54,468 nt of DNA from Candidatus Dormiibacterota bacterium (GCA_035263645.1 DATFRD010000350.1:1-54468); one strand, 5' to 3'; positions 34,966 through 44,621 are shown, counted from the first letter of the stretch. Notes: generated by a model not told the origin, from the sequence alone. Program-made: numbers and translations.

Positions 34966-35337
34966 TCAGCGCGCGTGCGCCATCGCCGCGGCCATGAGGT
35001 CGCGCAGCTCGGGCCGGTCGAGGTCCTGGAGCTGGCGAAGCTTGACGTGGCGGTGCACCTTGCCGGTCCCTTCCAGCAGACCGCCCGGGTCCGGCAGGTC
35101 GGCGCCGTGCGCGATGCCCAGGGTGACGTGGGTCCGCTGCGGTGTGACCGTGAAGCGGAGGCCCCGGTAGCCGGTGGTGGTGCCGAAGCCGATGGTGGTG
35201 CCGAAGCGCGGGTTCTGGTTCTCCACCGTGACCACGGCGTCGGGAAAGACGGCCAGCACGGTGCTGCACGCGCGGCGGGCCAGATCACGAACAGCTGGCG
35301 GGCATGAGTCGACAGCCCGTTCCACGTCGTCGTTCAT
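34966..35337 (-). CDS. DUF1801 (YdhG-like) domain protein
   Basis: 123 aa. FPDAVVTVENQNPRFG ... HVTLGIAHGADLPDPGGLLEGTGKVHRHVKL. Confidence 0.8.
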   Translation of the reverse strand: MNDDVERAVDSCPPAVRDLARRACSTVLAVFPDAVVTVENQNPRFGTTIGFGTTTGYRGLRFTVTPQRTHVTLGIAHGADLPDPGGLLEGTGKVHRHVKLRQLQDLDRPELRDLMAAAMAHAR

Positions 35338-35571
35338 GCCAGGAGGCTAACTCGCGTCCGTGCCGCCATCAGGCAGACGATCTCGAACATCGCGTTGGCG
35401 GCGTTGATCGCCGTGATCCCGGTCGGGTCGAGCGGCGGGTCACGTCGCAGACGTCGCCACCGGCGATGTCGAGCCCGGCGCCCGCAGGAGGGTGGCGATC
35501 TCGGCGTAGCGGGGAACGACGGACGAGTCGACGGGCTGGAGGTCGACCTTCTGCTTCTTCGCGCTGGGCAC
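35334..35571 (-). pseudogene. decayed ureohydrolase (agmatinase-family) paralogue: N-terminal and C-terminal fragments only
   Basis: From GTG 35571: MPSAKKQKVDLQPVDSSVVPRYAEIATLLRAPG (compare ADSMVTPRFTGIRTYARLP in the intact neighbour). A frame change gives LDIAGGDVCDVT, and another gives LDPTGITAINAANAMFEIVCLMAARTRVSLLA* (C-terminal agmatinase pattern). Its TGA overlaps the DUF1801 ATG. Confidence 0.5.
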
Positions 35572-35594
35572 CCGGGTACCTCAGTCGCCCCCGC

Positions 35595-36356
35595 TCAGAC
35601 CGCGGTGTAGCCGCCGTCCACCGCGAGCGAGGTCCCGGTCACGTGCGACGACTCGTCGGAGGCCAGGTACAGTACCGCCTTCGCCACGTCATCGGGCCGC
35701 GCCAGCCGGCCCAGAGGGACCGAGCCGCGCAGACCGGCCTCGAAGCCTGCCGGATCGGGCTGCTGCCCGATCCAGCTCCGGATGAGCGGCGTGTCCGTCA
35801 GGCCTGGCGCCACCGCGTTGACCCGGACCCCGAACGGCGCCCACTCGGCCGCGGCCACCCTGGTCAGGCTCAGCAGCGCTCCCTTGGCGGCCGCGTAGGC
35901 GGCCATGCGCGGCACCCCGACCGAGGCGTTGCGTGAGGTGACGTTGACGATCGAGCCGCCGCCCCCCGCCCGCATCGCCCGGCCGGCCTCCCGCAGCATC
36001 TGAAAGGCCCCGAAGAAGTTGACGGCGAACACGCTCTCCAGGTCGGAGCGCTCGGTCTCCAGGAGGTCACGGACGAAGTCGATCGCCGCGTTGTTGACGA
36101 GCACGTCCAGGCGGCCGAAAACCTCCAGCGCAGCCTCGACCGCGACCCTGGCGGTCTCCTCGGCCGCGACGTCGGCAGCCAGGAAGCGGACCGCGCCAGG
36201 GCCCAGCTCGGACACCAGGCTCTCGCCCGGTTCCCGGCGCCGGGCGACGACGACCAGGCGCGCGCCCTCGCCCACGAAGAGCCGCGCGGTAGCGGCCCCG
36301 ATGCCGTCGGTGCCGCCGGTGAGTATCGCGACCCTTCCCGACAGCCGACCGGTCAC
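35595..36356 (-). CDS. SDR family oxidoreductase
   Basis: TGGTDGIGAAT, NNAAI, catalytic YAAAKGAL. GTGA overlap with the agmatinase stop. Confidence 0.92.
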   Translation of the reverse strand: MTGRLSGRVAILTGGTDGIGAATARLFVGEGARLVVVARRREPGESLVSELGPGAVRFLAADVAAEETARVAVEAALEVFGRLDVLVNNAAIDFVRDLLETERSDLESVFAVNFFGAFQMLREAGRAMRAGGGGSIVNVTSRNASVGVPRMAAYAAAKGALLSLTRVAAAEWAPFGVRVNAVAPGLTDTPLIRSWIGQQPDPAGFEAGLRGSVPLGRLARPDDVAKAVLYLASDESSHVTGTSLAVDGGYTAV

Positions 36357-37318
36357 TCCGCTCGGGCTCGGGCCACGAGAGCCAGGAACTCGTAGGCGAC
36401 GCTGGCGGCCACGAGCGCCGTGTTCTGGGCCACGTCGTACTCCGGGATGACCTCCACCACGTCGAAGCCGATGTAGCGGGGCCCCGACAGGGCTCGGAGC
36501 AGGGCCTGCACCTCCCAGGTCGTGAATCCGCCGATCTCCGGCGTTCCGGTGGCCGGGGCATAGGCGGGATCCACGAAGTCGATGTCGAAGGTGAGGAAGG
36601 TCGGGCCCGGGCCCACGCGCCGCAGGATGCGACCCGCCACGGCCGGGATTCCCTGCTCGTGGACCTCGGCGGCGGTGAGGATCTCGAACCCCAGTTCCCG
36701 CGGCACCTCGTAGTCGCGGGCCGCGTAGATGGGCCCGCGCAGGCCCACCTGGATCACCCGGCTCGGGTCGAGGAGGCCCTCCCGGGCCGCGTGGTAGAAG
36801 GGCGTGCCGTGCGTGTATGGCATCCCGAAGTACGCCTCGGAGGTGTCGCTGTGGGAGTCCAGCTGGATCAGCCCCACCGGGCCATGGACCGCCGCGGCCG
36901 CCCGCAGCTCGGGGAGGGCGACGGAGTGGTCTCCGCCCAGCCCGATCGGGACGACGCCGGCCCGATGGAGCCTCAGGAGCCCGGCGGTGATCCGGGCCGC
37001 AGACTCCTCGAAAGAGCCGGGCACGACCGGGACGTCGCCCGCGTCGACAACGGAGAGCAGGTCGAAGATGGCGACGCCCGAGGCGCCGTGGTACGGCCGC
37101 ATTAGCGCGGACGCACTGCGGATGGCCTCGGGGCCGAACCGGGCGCCGACTCGGAAGGTTCCGCCCGTGTCGAACGGAACCCCGACGACGGCCACGTCCA
37201 CGCCATCGAAGCTGTCGTCGATGTGCGGCAGCCGCGCGTACGTCCGGATCCCGGTGAACCGGGGGGTGACCATGGAGTCGGCCGGACCGTAGCGTGGGAC
37301 TCTTCCGGGTCGCGTCAT
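36353..37318 (-). CDS. agmatinase/guanidino-acid hydrolase (ureohydrolase family)
   Basis: Mn-ligand motifs GGDHSVALP, QLDSHSDT, FDIDFVDPAYAPATGTPE. ATG 37318 (alternative 37273). Only the 3' third of ORF 36353..39061 is real. Confidence 0.9.
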   Translation of the reverse strand: MTRPGRVPRYGPADSMVTPRFTGIRTYARLPHIDDSFDGVDVAVVGVPFDTGGTFRVGARFGPEAIRSASALMRPYHGASGVAIFDLLSVVDAGDVPVVPGSFEESAARITAGLLRLHRAGVVPIGLGGDHSVALPELRAAAAVHGPVGLIQLDSHSDTSEAYFGMPYTHGTPFYHAAREGLLDPSRVIQVGLRGPIYAARDYEVPRELGFEILTAAEVHEQGIPAVAGRILRRVGPGPTFLTFDIDFVDPAYAPATGTPEIGGFTTWEVQALLRALSGPRYIGFDVVEVIPEYDVAQNTALVAASVAYEFLALVARARAE

Positions 37319-37456
37319 CCCAGCGCCATTTAACCGGGATTCACCGGAATGCGCCGGCGCCGGGGTTGACGCGCGCGACGCCCCGGGGACCCGAAGGGGC
37401 AAGCCCTTTACCGTATCACTGTCAGTCCATTTGCCGTATCTGCTATCACTCCTGGT

Positions 37457-38311
37457 GTGATGAAGAGGCTGGCACACCTCCCCCACCAGCGCCTGGTCAG
37501 GGCGGCGGCGGCCGCCGCCGTCGTGCTCGCGCTGCTCAGCGCCGAGGGGGAGCTGGCCGGCCTGGCACCGCGACCGTACGCGCCGGCAGTCCAGGTGGGG
37601 GTGCTCGCGGCCGCGGCGCTGGCGGGTGCCGTCGCGATCCGCAACGGCGTCGGCGCGATCACGCACGGGCTCGACCGCCAGGCGACCATGACCATCCGCA
37701 ACCTGAGCACCTGGGCTCTCTACGCGTTGCTGGGCGTGGCCATGGCGTCGGCCGTCGGCTTCAACCTGTCCGGCCTCCTGGTCGGCGGCGCCATCCTGGG
37801 CGTCATCGTCGCGGCTGGCTCCCAGGCCTCGCTCGGCAACTTCTTCGCGGGCCTGGTGCTGATGCTGGGCCGCCCCTACCGCGTGGGCTCGTCGGTCCGT
37901 CTGCGCGGGCCGGGCCTGGCCGGCATCGAGTACGAGGGCACCGTCCTCGACATGGGGGCCCTCTACACCACATTGACCACGCCCACCGGCGAGGTGCTCA
38001 AGCTGCCCAACAGCGCGGTGGTAACGTCGGCGCTGGTGCTCGGCGATGCGCCGCTGCGGGCCGAGATCGACGTCGCCCTGCCGCCGGGCACCGCGCTGCA
38101 CCCGATCGAGACGGCGATGCGTGAACGCCTGGGACCCGCGGCCGCCGACGTGACCATCAGGCCGCGGGCGCTGGAGGCCGGAGCGGACGGCAAGCTGGTG
38201 TGCCTCGTGCAGGTGCGCTCGACGGCGGCCGTCAAACCGACCGCGGTAGCCGACGCGCTGGCGCTGGCCGTGGCGGAGGACGGCGGGCGCCGGGCGGGCC
38301 GCACCGGCTGA
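37457..38311 (+). CDS. mechanosensitive ion channel (MscS family)
   Basis: Pore-helix and beta-domain signature GVIVAAGSQASLGNFFAGLVLMLGRPYRVGSSV ... GTVLDMGALYTTL. Confidence 0.85.
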   Translation: MMKRLAHLPHQRLVRAAAAAAVVLALLSAEGELAGLAPRPYAPAVQVGVLAAAALAGAVAIRNGVGAITHGLDRQATMTIRNLSTWALYALLGVAMASAVGFNLSGLLVGGAILGVIVAAGSQASLGNFFAGLVLMLGRPYRVGSSVRLRGPGLAGIEYEGTVLDMGALYTTLTTPTGEVLKLPNSAVVTSALVLGDAPLRAEIDVALPPGTALHPIETAMRERLGPAAADVTIRPRALEAGADGKLVCLVQVRSTAAVKPTAVADALALAVAEDGGRRAGRTG

Positions 38312-38361
38312 GCGCGGTCCTGGCGCCCTCTCCGTCGCGGGGGGAGGGTCACGTTCACGGT

Positions 38362-39051
38362 CTACCGGGGCGAGCCGACCGGGGCGGGCCGCTGGGGGCC
38401 GCGGCGTACGTGGTTCCAGGCCAGCCAGCCCAGGTGTCCCGGCCACGCGGCCACGTGACCCACCCGGTCGACCGCCGGCCGGGTGAGACGGGCCAGGACC
38501 GCCGCGCGCAGATCCGCAGCTCCGCTCCCCGGGAAGACGGTCCTCACGCTGCCGACCGCGGCGGACACGTGGGCGTCCGAGCCGCCGAGGAGCGCGGTCG
38601 AATGGCGGTTCAGCCGGCGGACGGCTCTGGCGTTGGCGAATTCCATGAGCGGTGAGCCGTTGAGCACCTCCACCCCGTCGAAGGGCAGTCGAGCGGCGAG
38701 ATCCCCGACGCCCAGCAGGGCCGAGTACGGGTGGGCCGCAACGGCCAGGCCGCCCTGGTCGTGGATGGCCGCGATGCTCCACTCGGCACTGCGGCGGGGC
38801 GGGACATCGCGTTCCACGAACAGGGCCAGGATGTGGCCGTCGGCGCTGCTCACCTCGCTCCCGATCACGACCTCCGGGCCGCCCCCCGCCAGCGCCGCCT
38901 CGACTCGCAGCGCCCCCTCGATCGTATCGTGATCGGTCACCGCCACGACGGCCAGACGGGTCGTGAGGAGGTGCCCCGCCAGCTGCTCGGGCGTGGGCCG
39001 GCCGTCGCTGCAGGTCGTGTGCATGTGCAGGTCGGCGAGGCGCGTGATCAA
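38362..39051 (-). CDS. PHP domain metal-dependent phosphoesterase
   Basis: ADLHMHTTCSDG, VAVTDHD, AAHPY, GGSDAH. TTG 39051 forms a TTGA overlap with the glycosyltransferase stop. Confidence 0.85.
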   Translation of the reverse strand: MITRLADLHMHTTCSDGRPTPEQLAGHLLTTRLAVVAVTDHDTIEGALRVEAALAGGGPEVVIGSEVSSADGHILALFVERDVPPRRSAEWSIAAIHDQGGLAVAAHPYSALLGVGDLAARLPFDGVEVLNGSPLMEFANARAVRRLNRHSTALLGGSDAHVSAAVGSVRTVFPGSGAADLRAAVLARLTRPAVDRVGHVAAWPGHLGWLAWNHVRRGPQRPAPVGSPR

Positions 39052-40190
39052 GCCGCTGCACGCCTCCCTGCCCGAGCGATCGCCCGGTCGTACTCCGTCA
39101 GCAGCTCCGACGTGGCGCGCTCCCAGGTGGCGAGCTGTCCGCGCGCCTGGTCGGCCAGGCGGCGGCGGTCCAGCGGCGTGCCCAGCCAGCGCCGCACGGC
39201 CGCGAGCAGGCTCTCCGTGTCGGCCGGGTCGAAGACGTCGCCGGCGGGGGCCCGGTCCAGCAGGCCGCAGGAGGCTGGCGTGCGCGCGGCCACCACCGGC
39301 AGGCCGGACGCCATGGCCTCCAGCATGACCAGGCCCAGCGTGTCGGTGGTCGAGGGGAAGACGAACACGTCGGCGGAAGCGTAGGCGGCGCTCAGCTCGC
39401 GCCCGGCCAGCCCGCCCACGAACGTGGCCTGCAGGCCGGTGAACACCCGCTCCAGCTCGGCCTTCGCGGGCCCGTCGCCGACCAGCGCCACGTGACGACC
39501 GCCGCCCGCCGCTGCCAGGGGGAGCAGCCGCTCGACGCCCTTCTCCGCCGCCAGCCTGCCGACGTAGAGGCACACGCGGCGCTCGGGGTGACCGTCCGTG
39601 AGGCGCCGGCGCAGGTCGGCACTGGCATAGCGGGGGTGGAACTGGTCGAGGTCGACGGCCCCGCGCCAGATGCGGACGTCGCGGACGCCGTGGGCCTGCA
39701 GCTCGTCTCGTGACGCCTCCGAGGCCGCGAGGTTGACGTGGGCGCGGCCGTGGGCCCTGCGGATCAGCGCCCACGCCGGCCGCTCGGCAAAGCCCAGGTG
39801 GTAGTAATGCGCGTAGCGGGGGACGTGCGTGTGGTACGAGCACACCAGCGGCAGACCGCGCCGGTGGGCGTGCAGCACTCCGGCCCAGCCCAGCAGCGTC
39901 GGGCTCACCGCGTGGACGAGGTCGGGGACCCAGCGGTCGAGCAGCCCAACCACCCTGGGCAGCGGCAGGCCCCAGGGCTGGCCGCCGTAGATGAACGGCA
40001 GGCCGACGCTCGGCACGTGGCGCACCGTGGTGCCCGGGGGCTCCTGCCAGTCTCCCGGCCCGGACACGTGCGGGGCGACGACCAGCACCTGGTTGCCCCG
40101 ACGGGTCAGCTCGGAGACAGTAGCGGCGAGACGGGTCACGACTCCGTTGACCGAGGGGAACCAGGTCTCCGTGACGTAGGCGATGCGCAC
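39048..40190 (-). CDS. glycosyltransferase family 4 (GT-B, retaining)
   Basis: GTG 40190 gives MRIAYVTETWFPSVNGV. C-terminal GRLAAEKG and FVFPSTTDTLGLVMLEAMASGLPVV. Confidence 0.9.
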   Translation of the reverse strand: MRIAYVTETWFPSVNGVVTRLAATVSELTRRGNQVLVVAPHVSGPGDWQEPPGTTVRHVPSVGLPFIYGGQPWGLPLPRVVGLLDRWVPDLVHAVSPTLLGWAGVLHAHRRGLPLVCSYHTHVPRYAHYYHLGFAERPAWALIRRAHGRAHVNLAASEASRDELQAHGVRDVRIWRGAVDLDQFHPRYASADLRRRLTDGHPERRVCLYVGRLAAEKGVERLLPLAAAGGGRHVALVGDGPAKAELERVFTGLQATFVGGLAGRELSAAYASADVFVFPSTTDTLGLVMLEAMASGLPVVAARTPASCGLLDRAPAGDVFDPADTESLLAAVRRWLGTPLDRRRLADQARGQLATWERATSELLTEYDRAIARAGRRAAA

Positions 40191-40282
40191 CCTGCCCCCA
40201 GCTTGACCGGCCAAGGTGAAGCGCCAGCGAAGCAGTGGGCGGACGCAGATTACCGGCGGATGAGGGATTGGCTGCACATCCG

Positions 40283-41758
40283 TCATGCCGTTCGCATCCT
40301 GAATGCCATGACGCCGGTGCCGGTGGGGACGAACAGCTCGCCCAGGGCGGCCGCCGGCGTGGCGAAGTGGTTCCCCGACCCGACGTCGTAGTGAAAGATT
40401 GGGTGGCCCGTGGTGGGGTCGCTGGCATGCAGGACGTGGCAGCGGTCCAGCCACCAGACGACGCCGGCGGCCAGGATAGGTGGCTCGGCGTCGCACCCCG
40501 ACGCCGACTGCCGCCAGCCACCCCGGCCGGGCAGACGGAGCGAGGGAGCCACCGGTTCCAGGCGCAGCGCGAGCAGGCCGCCCTGGCACCCGACGAAGAC
40601 GAACTGCCCGTCGAAAGCCGCGCCGCCCCGGCACTCTCCGGCCCCGAGGTCGACCGCGAACGGGGCCGGCGCCGTGCCGCCCAGCGACCACTCCCGCAGC
40701 AGGTAGGCCCAGCCCGCCTTGCCGCTCTGGAAGACCAGGCCGGTGCCGGGCAGCAGCGTCGGGACGATGACACCCAGGTCGTCGTCGTAACAGTCGAGCT
40801 GACGCCAGTTCGGGGGCGTCCACCGGTCCGCGGGCGCCGTCGCCAGCGTGGGGGTGAGGCGCAGGACCGAGTTCTGGAGTTCGAACCCGGCGCCGCAGAA
40901 CGAGCCGTGGCGGAGCGCGTTGCCGCTGGCCGCCAGCAGGTCGCCGCCGTCGTCGACCGCCAGCCCGCCGGAGGCCCAGAACCCTCCGCCGGTCACGTCT
41001 CCGCTGGTGTCGCGAAAGCTGAGCAGCTGGCCCCCGTCGGAGGCGCGCACGGACGTGATGACCCCGTGGTAGCTGCCGCAGTCGCCGGGCCGGCCGCCGA
41101 ACGGGACGTACACGCGCCCGCCCAGCAGCGTCAGCGCGGCACGCTGGTTGTACCCGTCGATGTCCGCCCCGGGACCGTCCACACGCACGTGAAAGAGGAC
41201 GGCGTGTGCCGCCAGGTCGATTGCGAAGAGCCAGGTCTGGTAGCGCGTCGTCCGGCTGACCGTGTCGACAACGCCGACCGTATAGAGCCGGGACGTGGCC
41301 GGATCGATCACGGGCGTGCTGGTGATGCCGAGCGGCACGATCGGCGTGCAGTGCAGGATCGGGGCCACCGCCGGGGCCGCCAGCCGGAGGTGCCACAGGG
41401 TGCGGCCGGTGGCCGCCGACATGGCGTAGAGGCTGTCGTTCTCCGTGACCTCGTAGACGACGCCCTGATAGATCAGCGGCTCCGCGTAGACGGGGGCGTC
41501 CAGGTCGTTCCGGGTCCAGGCCGGCGAGGCCCCGCGCAGCGTGGCGCCATCGGCATCGTCCGCGGTCCGGCTGTTGTCGAGGTGGTACGTCGTCCACTCG
41601 GCGTCGCGGGGCAGCGGAGCCGGGATGTCGGGCGCCGCGAGGACCAGGAGGCAGACCAGGAAGGCGACGATCGGGCCGGCGACCGGCCCCCCTCGACGGG
41701 CGATCAGCCCGACGGCTGACGAGTCCGCGATGCGGGCGCGGTGTTGCACCATGCCCAC
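40283..41758 (-). CDS. PQQ-like beta-propeller repeat protein with N-terminal membrane anchor
   Basis: Anchor IVAFLVCLLVLAAP. Repeated propeller blades (VYEVTENDSLYAMSAATGRTLW; SRLYTVG; VVWWLDRCHVLHASDPTTGHPIF). Confidence 0.8.
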   Translation of the reverse strand: MGMVQHRARIADSSAVGLIARRGGPVAGPIVAFLVCLLVLAAPDIPAPLPRDAEWTTYHLDNSRTADDADGATLRGASPAWTRNDLDAPVYAEPLIYQGVVYEVTENDSLYAMSAATGRTLWHLRLAAPAVAPILHCTPIVPLGITSTPVIDPATSRLYTVGVVDTVSRTTRYQTWLFAIDLAAHAVLFHVRVDGPGADIDGYNQRAALTLLGGRVYVPFGGRPGDCGSYHGVITSVRASDGGQLLSFRDTSGDVTGGGFWASGGLAVDDGGDLLAASGNALRHGSFCGAGFELQNSVLRLTPTLATAPADRWTPPNWRQLDCYDDDLGVIVPTLLPGTGLVFQSGKAGWAYLLREWSLGGTAPAPFAVDLGAGECRGGAAFDGQFVFVGCQGGLLALRLEPVAPSLRLPGRGGWRQSASGCDAEPPILAAGVVWWLDRCHVLHASDPTTGHPIFHYDVGSGNHFATPAAALGELFVPTGTGVMAFRMRTA

Positions 41759-41850
41759 TCTCTGTGAGGCTCCCGCCCGCCTCGCCTGGCAGGGGGGCAG
41801 CGCGGGCCTCCGGTATTTGCGAGAGCTCGAGCGTCACTCCGTCCCCCTGG

Positions 41851-42270
41851 ATGATGGCCTCCAGCGACGACGCGGGCTATGGTCGCAGCGTGCGCTACCG
41901 GGACGGAGGCGTCTGGGAGGAGTCAGCGGGCTATTCGCGGGCGGTGCGGCGGGGCTCGCGCATCGAGGTCAGCGGAACCACCGCGGACGGCCCGGACGGC
42001 CGGGCGCTGCATCCGGGCGACAGCTACGGCCAGGCGCGGGCGGCGCTTGAGCGCGCGCTCGCGGCCGTCGCCGCGCTCGGCGGCCGCGTCGACGACGTGG
42101 TACGAACGCGCTGCTACCTCGCACCCGAGGCGGACTGGCGGGGCGCCACCCGCGCCCATGCCGAGCTGCTCGGCCACGTGGCCCCGGCGAACACGACCCT
42201 GCACGTGGCCCGCCTGATCGGCGACGGCCTCCTCGTGGAGGTGGAGGTGGAGGCCGAGACCGGCTCCTAG
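41851..42270 (+). CDS. RidA/YjgF family protein
   Basis: YSRAVRRGSRIEVSGTTA ... QARAALERALAAVAALGGRVDDVVRTRCYL ... LVEVEVEA. Confidence 0.85.
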   Translation: MMASSDDAGYGRSVRYRDGGVWEESAGYSRAVRRGSRIEVSGTTADGPDGRALHPGDSYGQARAALERALAAVAALGGRVDDVVRTRCYLAPEADWRGATRAHAELLGHVAPANTTLHVARLIGDGLLVEVEVEAETGS

Positions 42271-42284
42271 CCCACGAGCCTGGC

Positions 42285-43415
42285 TCAGACCGCGACCAGG
42301 TCCGTCGGACAGGTCCCCAGCTTCCGGCCGCCGCCCTTCTCGCACACCACGACGTCCTCGATCCGTACGCCGACCCGGCCCCGCCACATGATCGACGGCT
42401 CGTCGGTGAAGGTCATCCCGGCCTCGAGCGGCGTCTGGTCTTCCTCGGAGATGAACGGGCGTTCGTGGACGTCGAGCCCGATGCAGTGGCCCATGCGGTG
42501 GCGGAAGTAGGGACCGAACCCCGCGTCCTCGATGGGCGCCCGGCAGGCGCGGTTCACCTCCGCCGCCGTGACCCCCGGCCGGGCGGCCGCCCGCCCCGCC
42601 TCCTGCGCCGCGAGCATCGCCGCATGGGCCCGCCGGTACTCAGCGGTGGGCTCCCCGCAGAAGATCGTGCGGCCGAAGTCCGAGCAGTAGCCGTCCAGGA
42701 CCGCGCCGAAGTCGAAGAGCACAGCCTCCCCCGAACCCAGCGGCTCCCGGCCGCTCGCGTCGTTCGAGTCCCGGCCGGCCGCTTCTCCGATGGTGAAGAC
42801 GTGCGTCGTGAAGGAGGGGGCACGGGAGCCGCGCAGCCGCATCTGGTGCTCGACCTCCTCCACCAGGTCCTGCAGCGTGACGCCCACCCTGACGCGGCGG
42901 GTGGCGTCGGCCATCGTTTCGTCGGCGATCCGGCACGCGCGTTCCATGATGGCGAGCTCGTCTGCCGACTTGACGCGGCGCAGACGGTTGACCAGGGGCT
43001 CCGCGCTGACCAGCCGCGGCGTGTCGAGCACGTCGAGCAGGTGGATCACCGTCTCGCCCCACAGGCGGGAGCCGATGGCCAGGGTGCCAACCGGGCCGAG
43101 GCCGCGGGCGACGCGTTCGAACATGGCCGGGCCGTCGTCGGTCTCCCGGACCACCACCAGCTCACCCGGCGCGCCGTGGGGCAGGTCGAACTCCGCGAAC
43201 ATCCTGGGCAGGATGAACGTGGGCTCCGCCCCAGGCTTGAAGAATGCGCCGCCGACCCAGCCATGGGCGTACGAGACGTTGCCAAAAGTGGGGATGTTGC
43301 GTTCCAGCCCGGTCAGGTACTCGAGGTCCGAGGACGGACCGAGGAACAGCGCATCGATGCCCTCGGCAGCCAGGATCTCATCGAGGCGAGCGCGCCGCGC
43401 CGCGTAGTCAAACAT
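42285..43415 (-). CDS. M24 family Xaa-Pro peptidase
   Basis: Creatinase-like N-domain plus pita-bread domain. DFGAVLDGYCSD, HRMGHCIGLDVHE, FTDEPSI, IEDVVV. Confidence 0.92.
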   Translation of the reverse strand: MFDYAARRARLDEILAAEGIDALFLGPSSDLEYLTGLERNIPTFGNVSYAHGWVGGAFFKPGAEPTFILPRMFAEFDLPHGAPGELVVVRETDDGPAMFERVARGLGPVGTLAIGSRLWGETVIHLLDVLDTPRLVSAEPLVNRLRRVKSADELAIMERACRIADETMADATRRVRVGVTLQDLVEEVEHQMRLRGSRAPSFTTHVFTIGEAAGRDSNDASGREPLGSGEAVLFDFGAVLDGYCSDFGRTIFCGEPTAEYRRAHAAMLAAQEAGRAAARPGVTAAEVNRACRAPIEDAGFGPYFRHRMGHCIGLDVHERPFISEEDQTPLEAGMTFTDEPSIMWRGRVGVRIEDVVVCEKGGGRKLGTCPTDLVAV

Positions 43416-43422
43416 ACGCTAG

Positions 43423-44478
43423 TTAGTTTATGGGCGGATTGTCCGCTGACAAGCCCGGCCGAGGCCGCGTGGACGGCGTTGGGGCCGCCACGGGCTCTCG
43501 CAGCCAGCACGCCGCGTGCCGCTCCGGCTGCACCGCGACGAGCGTTGGCGGCTGCGTCCGACAGCGGTCCATGACGTACGGGCAGCGCGGGTGGAACCGG
43601 CAGCCTGCAGGCGGTTGCGCAGGGTCGGGGACCTCTCCGGGCAGCGCCTCGGGCAGAGAGCCCGACCCGTCGGCGTGTGGTATGGCCTGGATCAGCGCCT
43701 CGGTATACGGGTGCAGCGGATCCGCCCACAGCCTGCGCGTCGGCGCCGACTCGACGATCAGGCCCAGGTACATCACGGCCACGGAGTCGGCCACATGGCG
43801 CACGATGGCCAGGTCGTGGGAGATCAGCAGCACGCCGACCTGGGATTGACGGGCGAGCCGTCTCACGAGGTTGGCGACCTGGGCCTGCGCCGAGGCGTCC
43901 AGCGAGGACAGCGGCTCGTCCAGGACGATGACCGAGGGCGACGGGGCGAGCGCCCTGGCGATCGCGATGCGCTGGCGCTGGCCGCCGCTGTACTCGTGCG
44001 GAAAGCGGTCGGCCGCGCCGGGCGGGAGGCCGACCTGCTCCAGCAACTCGGTCACCGCGGCGCGGCGCTGTCCCCCCGCTCGACGGCCATCGAGGCCGAG
44101 CCCGTCGGCGATCTGGTCGCCCACCCTGCGGCGCGGGTTCAGCGAGCTGAACGGGTTCTGGAAGACCATCTGCAGGCGCACCTCGCGCCGGGGGCGGGCC
44201 CGCCGGCCCAGCCGCCCCAGCGGCTGGCCCTCGAACCAGACGGAGCCCCCGGTCGGCGCCACCAGGCCGACCGCGGCCCTGGCCAGCGTCGACTTGCCGC
44301 ACCCCGTCTCGCCGACCAGCCCCAGGATCTCGCCCCGCTCGACGCTCAGGCTGGCTCCGGCTACGGCCCGCACCGGGGCGCGGCCACGGCGCGTGTACAC
44401 GACCTCGACGTCCCTCAGCTGCAGGGCCGGTGGGGTCGCGAGCAAACGTTCGCTCGTCAGAGCCGCGCGAGATGGCAT
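43423..44478 (-). CDS. peptide ABC transporter ATP-binding protein (OppF/DppF-like)
   Basis: Walker A GETGCGKST, signature YSGGQRQR, Walker B VIVLDEPLS, C-terminal HPYT ... CRFHPRCP. ATG 44478. Confidence 0.88.
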   Translation of the reverse strand: MPSRAALTSERLLATPPALQLRDVEVVYTRRGRAPVRAVAGASLSVERGEILGLVGETGCGKSTLARAAVGLVAPTGGSVWFEGQPLGRLGRRARPRREVRLQMVFQNPFSSLNPRRRVGDQIADGLGLDGRRAGGQRRAAVTELLEQVGLPPGAADRFPHEYSGGQRQRIAIARALAPSPSVIVLDEPLSSLDASAQAQVANLVRRLARQSQVGVLLISHDLAIVRHVADSVAVMYLGLIVESAPTRRLWADPLHPYTEALIQAIPHADGSGSLPEALPGEVPDPAQPPAGCRFHPRCPYVMDRCRTQPPTLVAVQPERHAACWLREPVAAPTPSTRPRPGLSADNPPIN

Positions 44479-44621
44479 CCGACGCACATTCTGGGCGAGA
44501 GGGCCACCCCGCGAGGCAGCGTTCCTTTTTCTCAGGCCCGCGGCTATGATTCCCTCAGCCTCGGGCCGGAGCCCGATCGGAATGAACCTCACGGCGAGAC
44601 ACGGGTTGGAGAAGGGACAGA

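Noticed and set aside
36353-41837. Very long minus-strand ORFs 36353..39061 (902 aa), 38362..40773 (803 aa) and 39048..41837 (929 aa)
   Set aside because: Only the 3' portion of each is a recognisable protein (agmatinase, PHP, GT4). The 5' extensions read through the neighbouring gene in a wrong frame and are low-complexity. Starts were trimmed to sites with start/stop overlaps or an SD.
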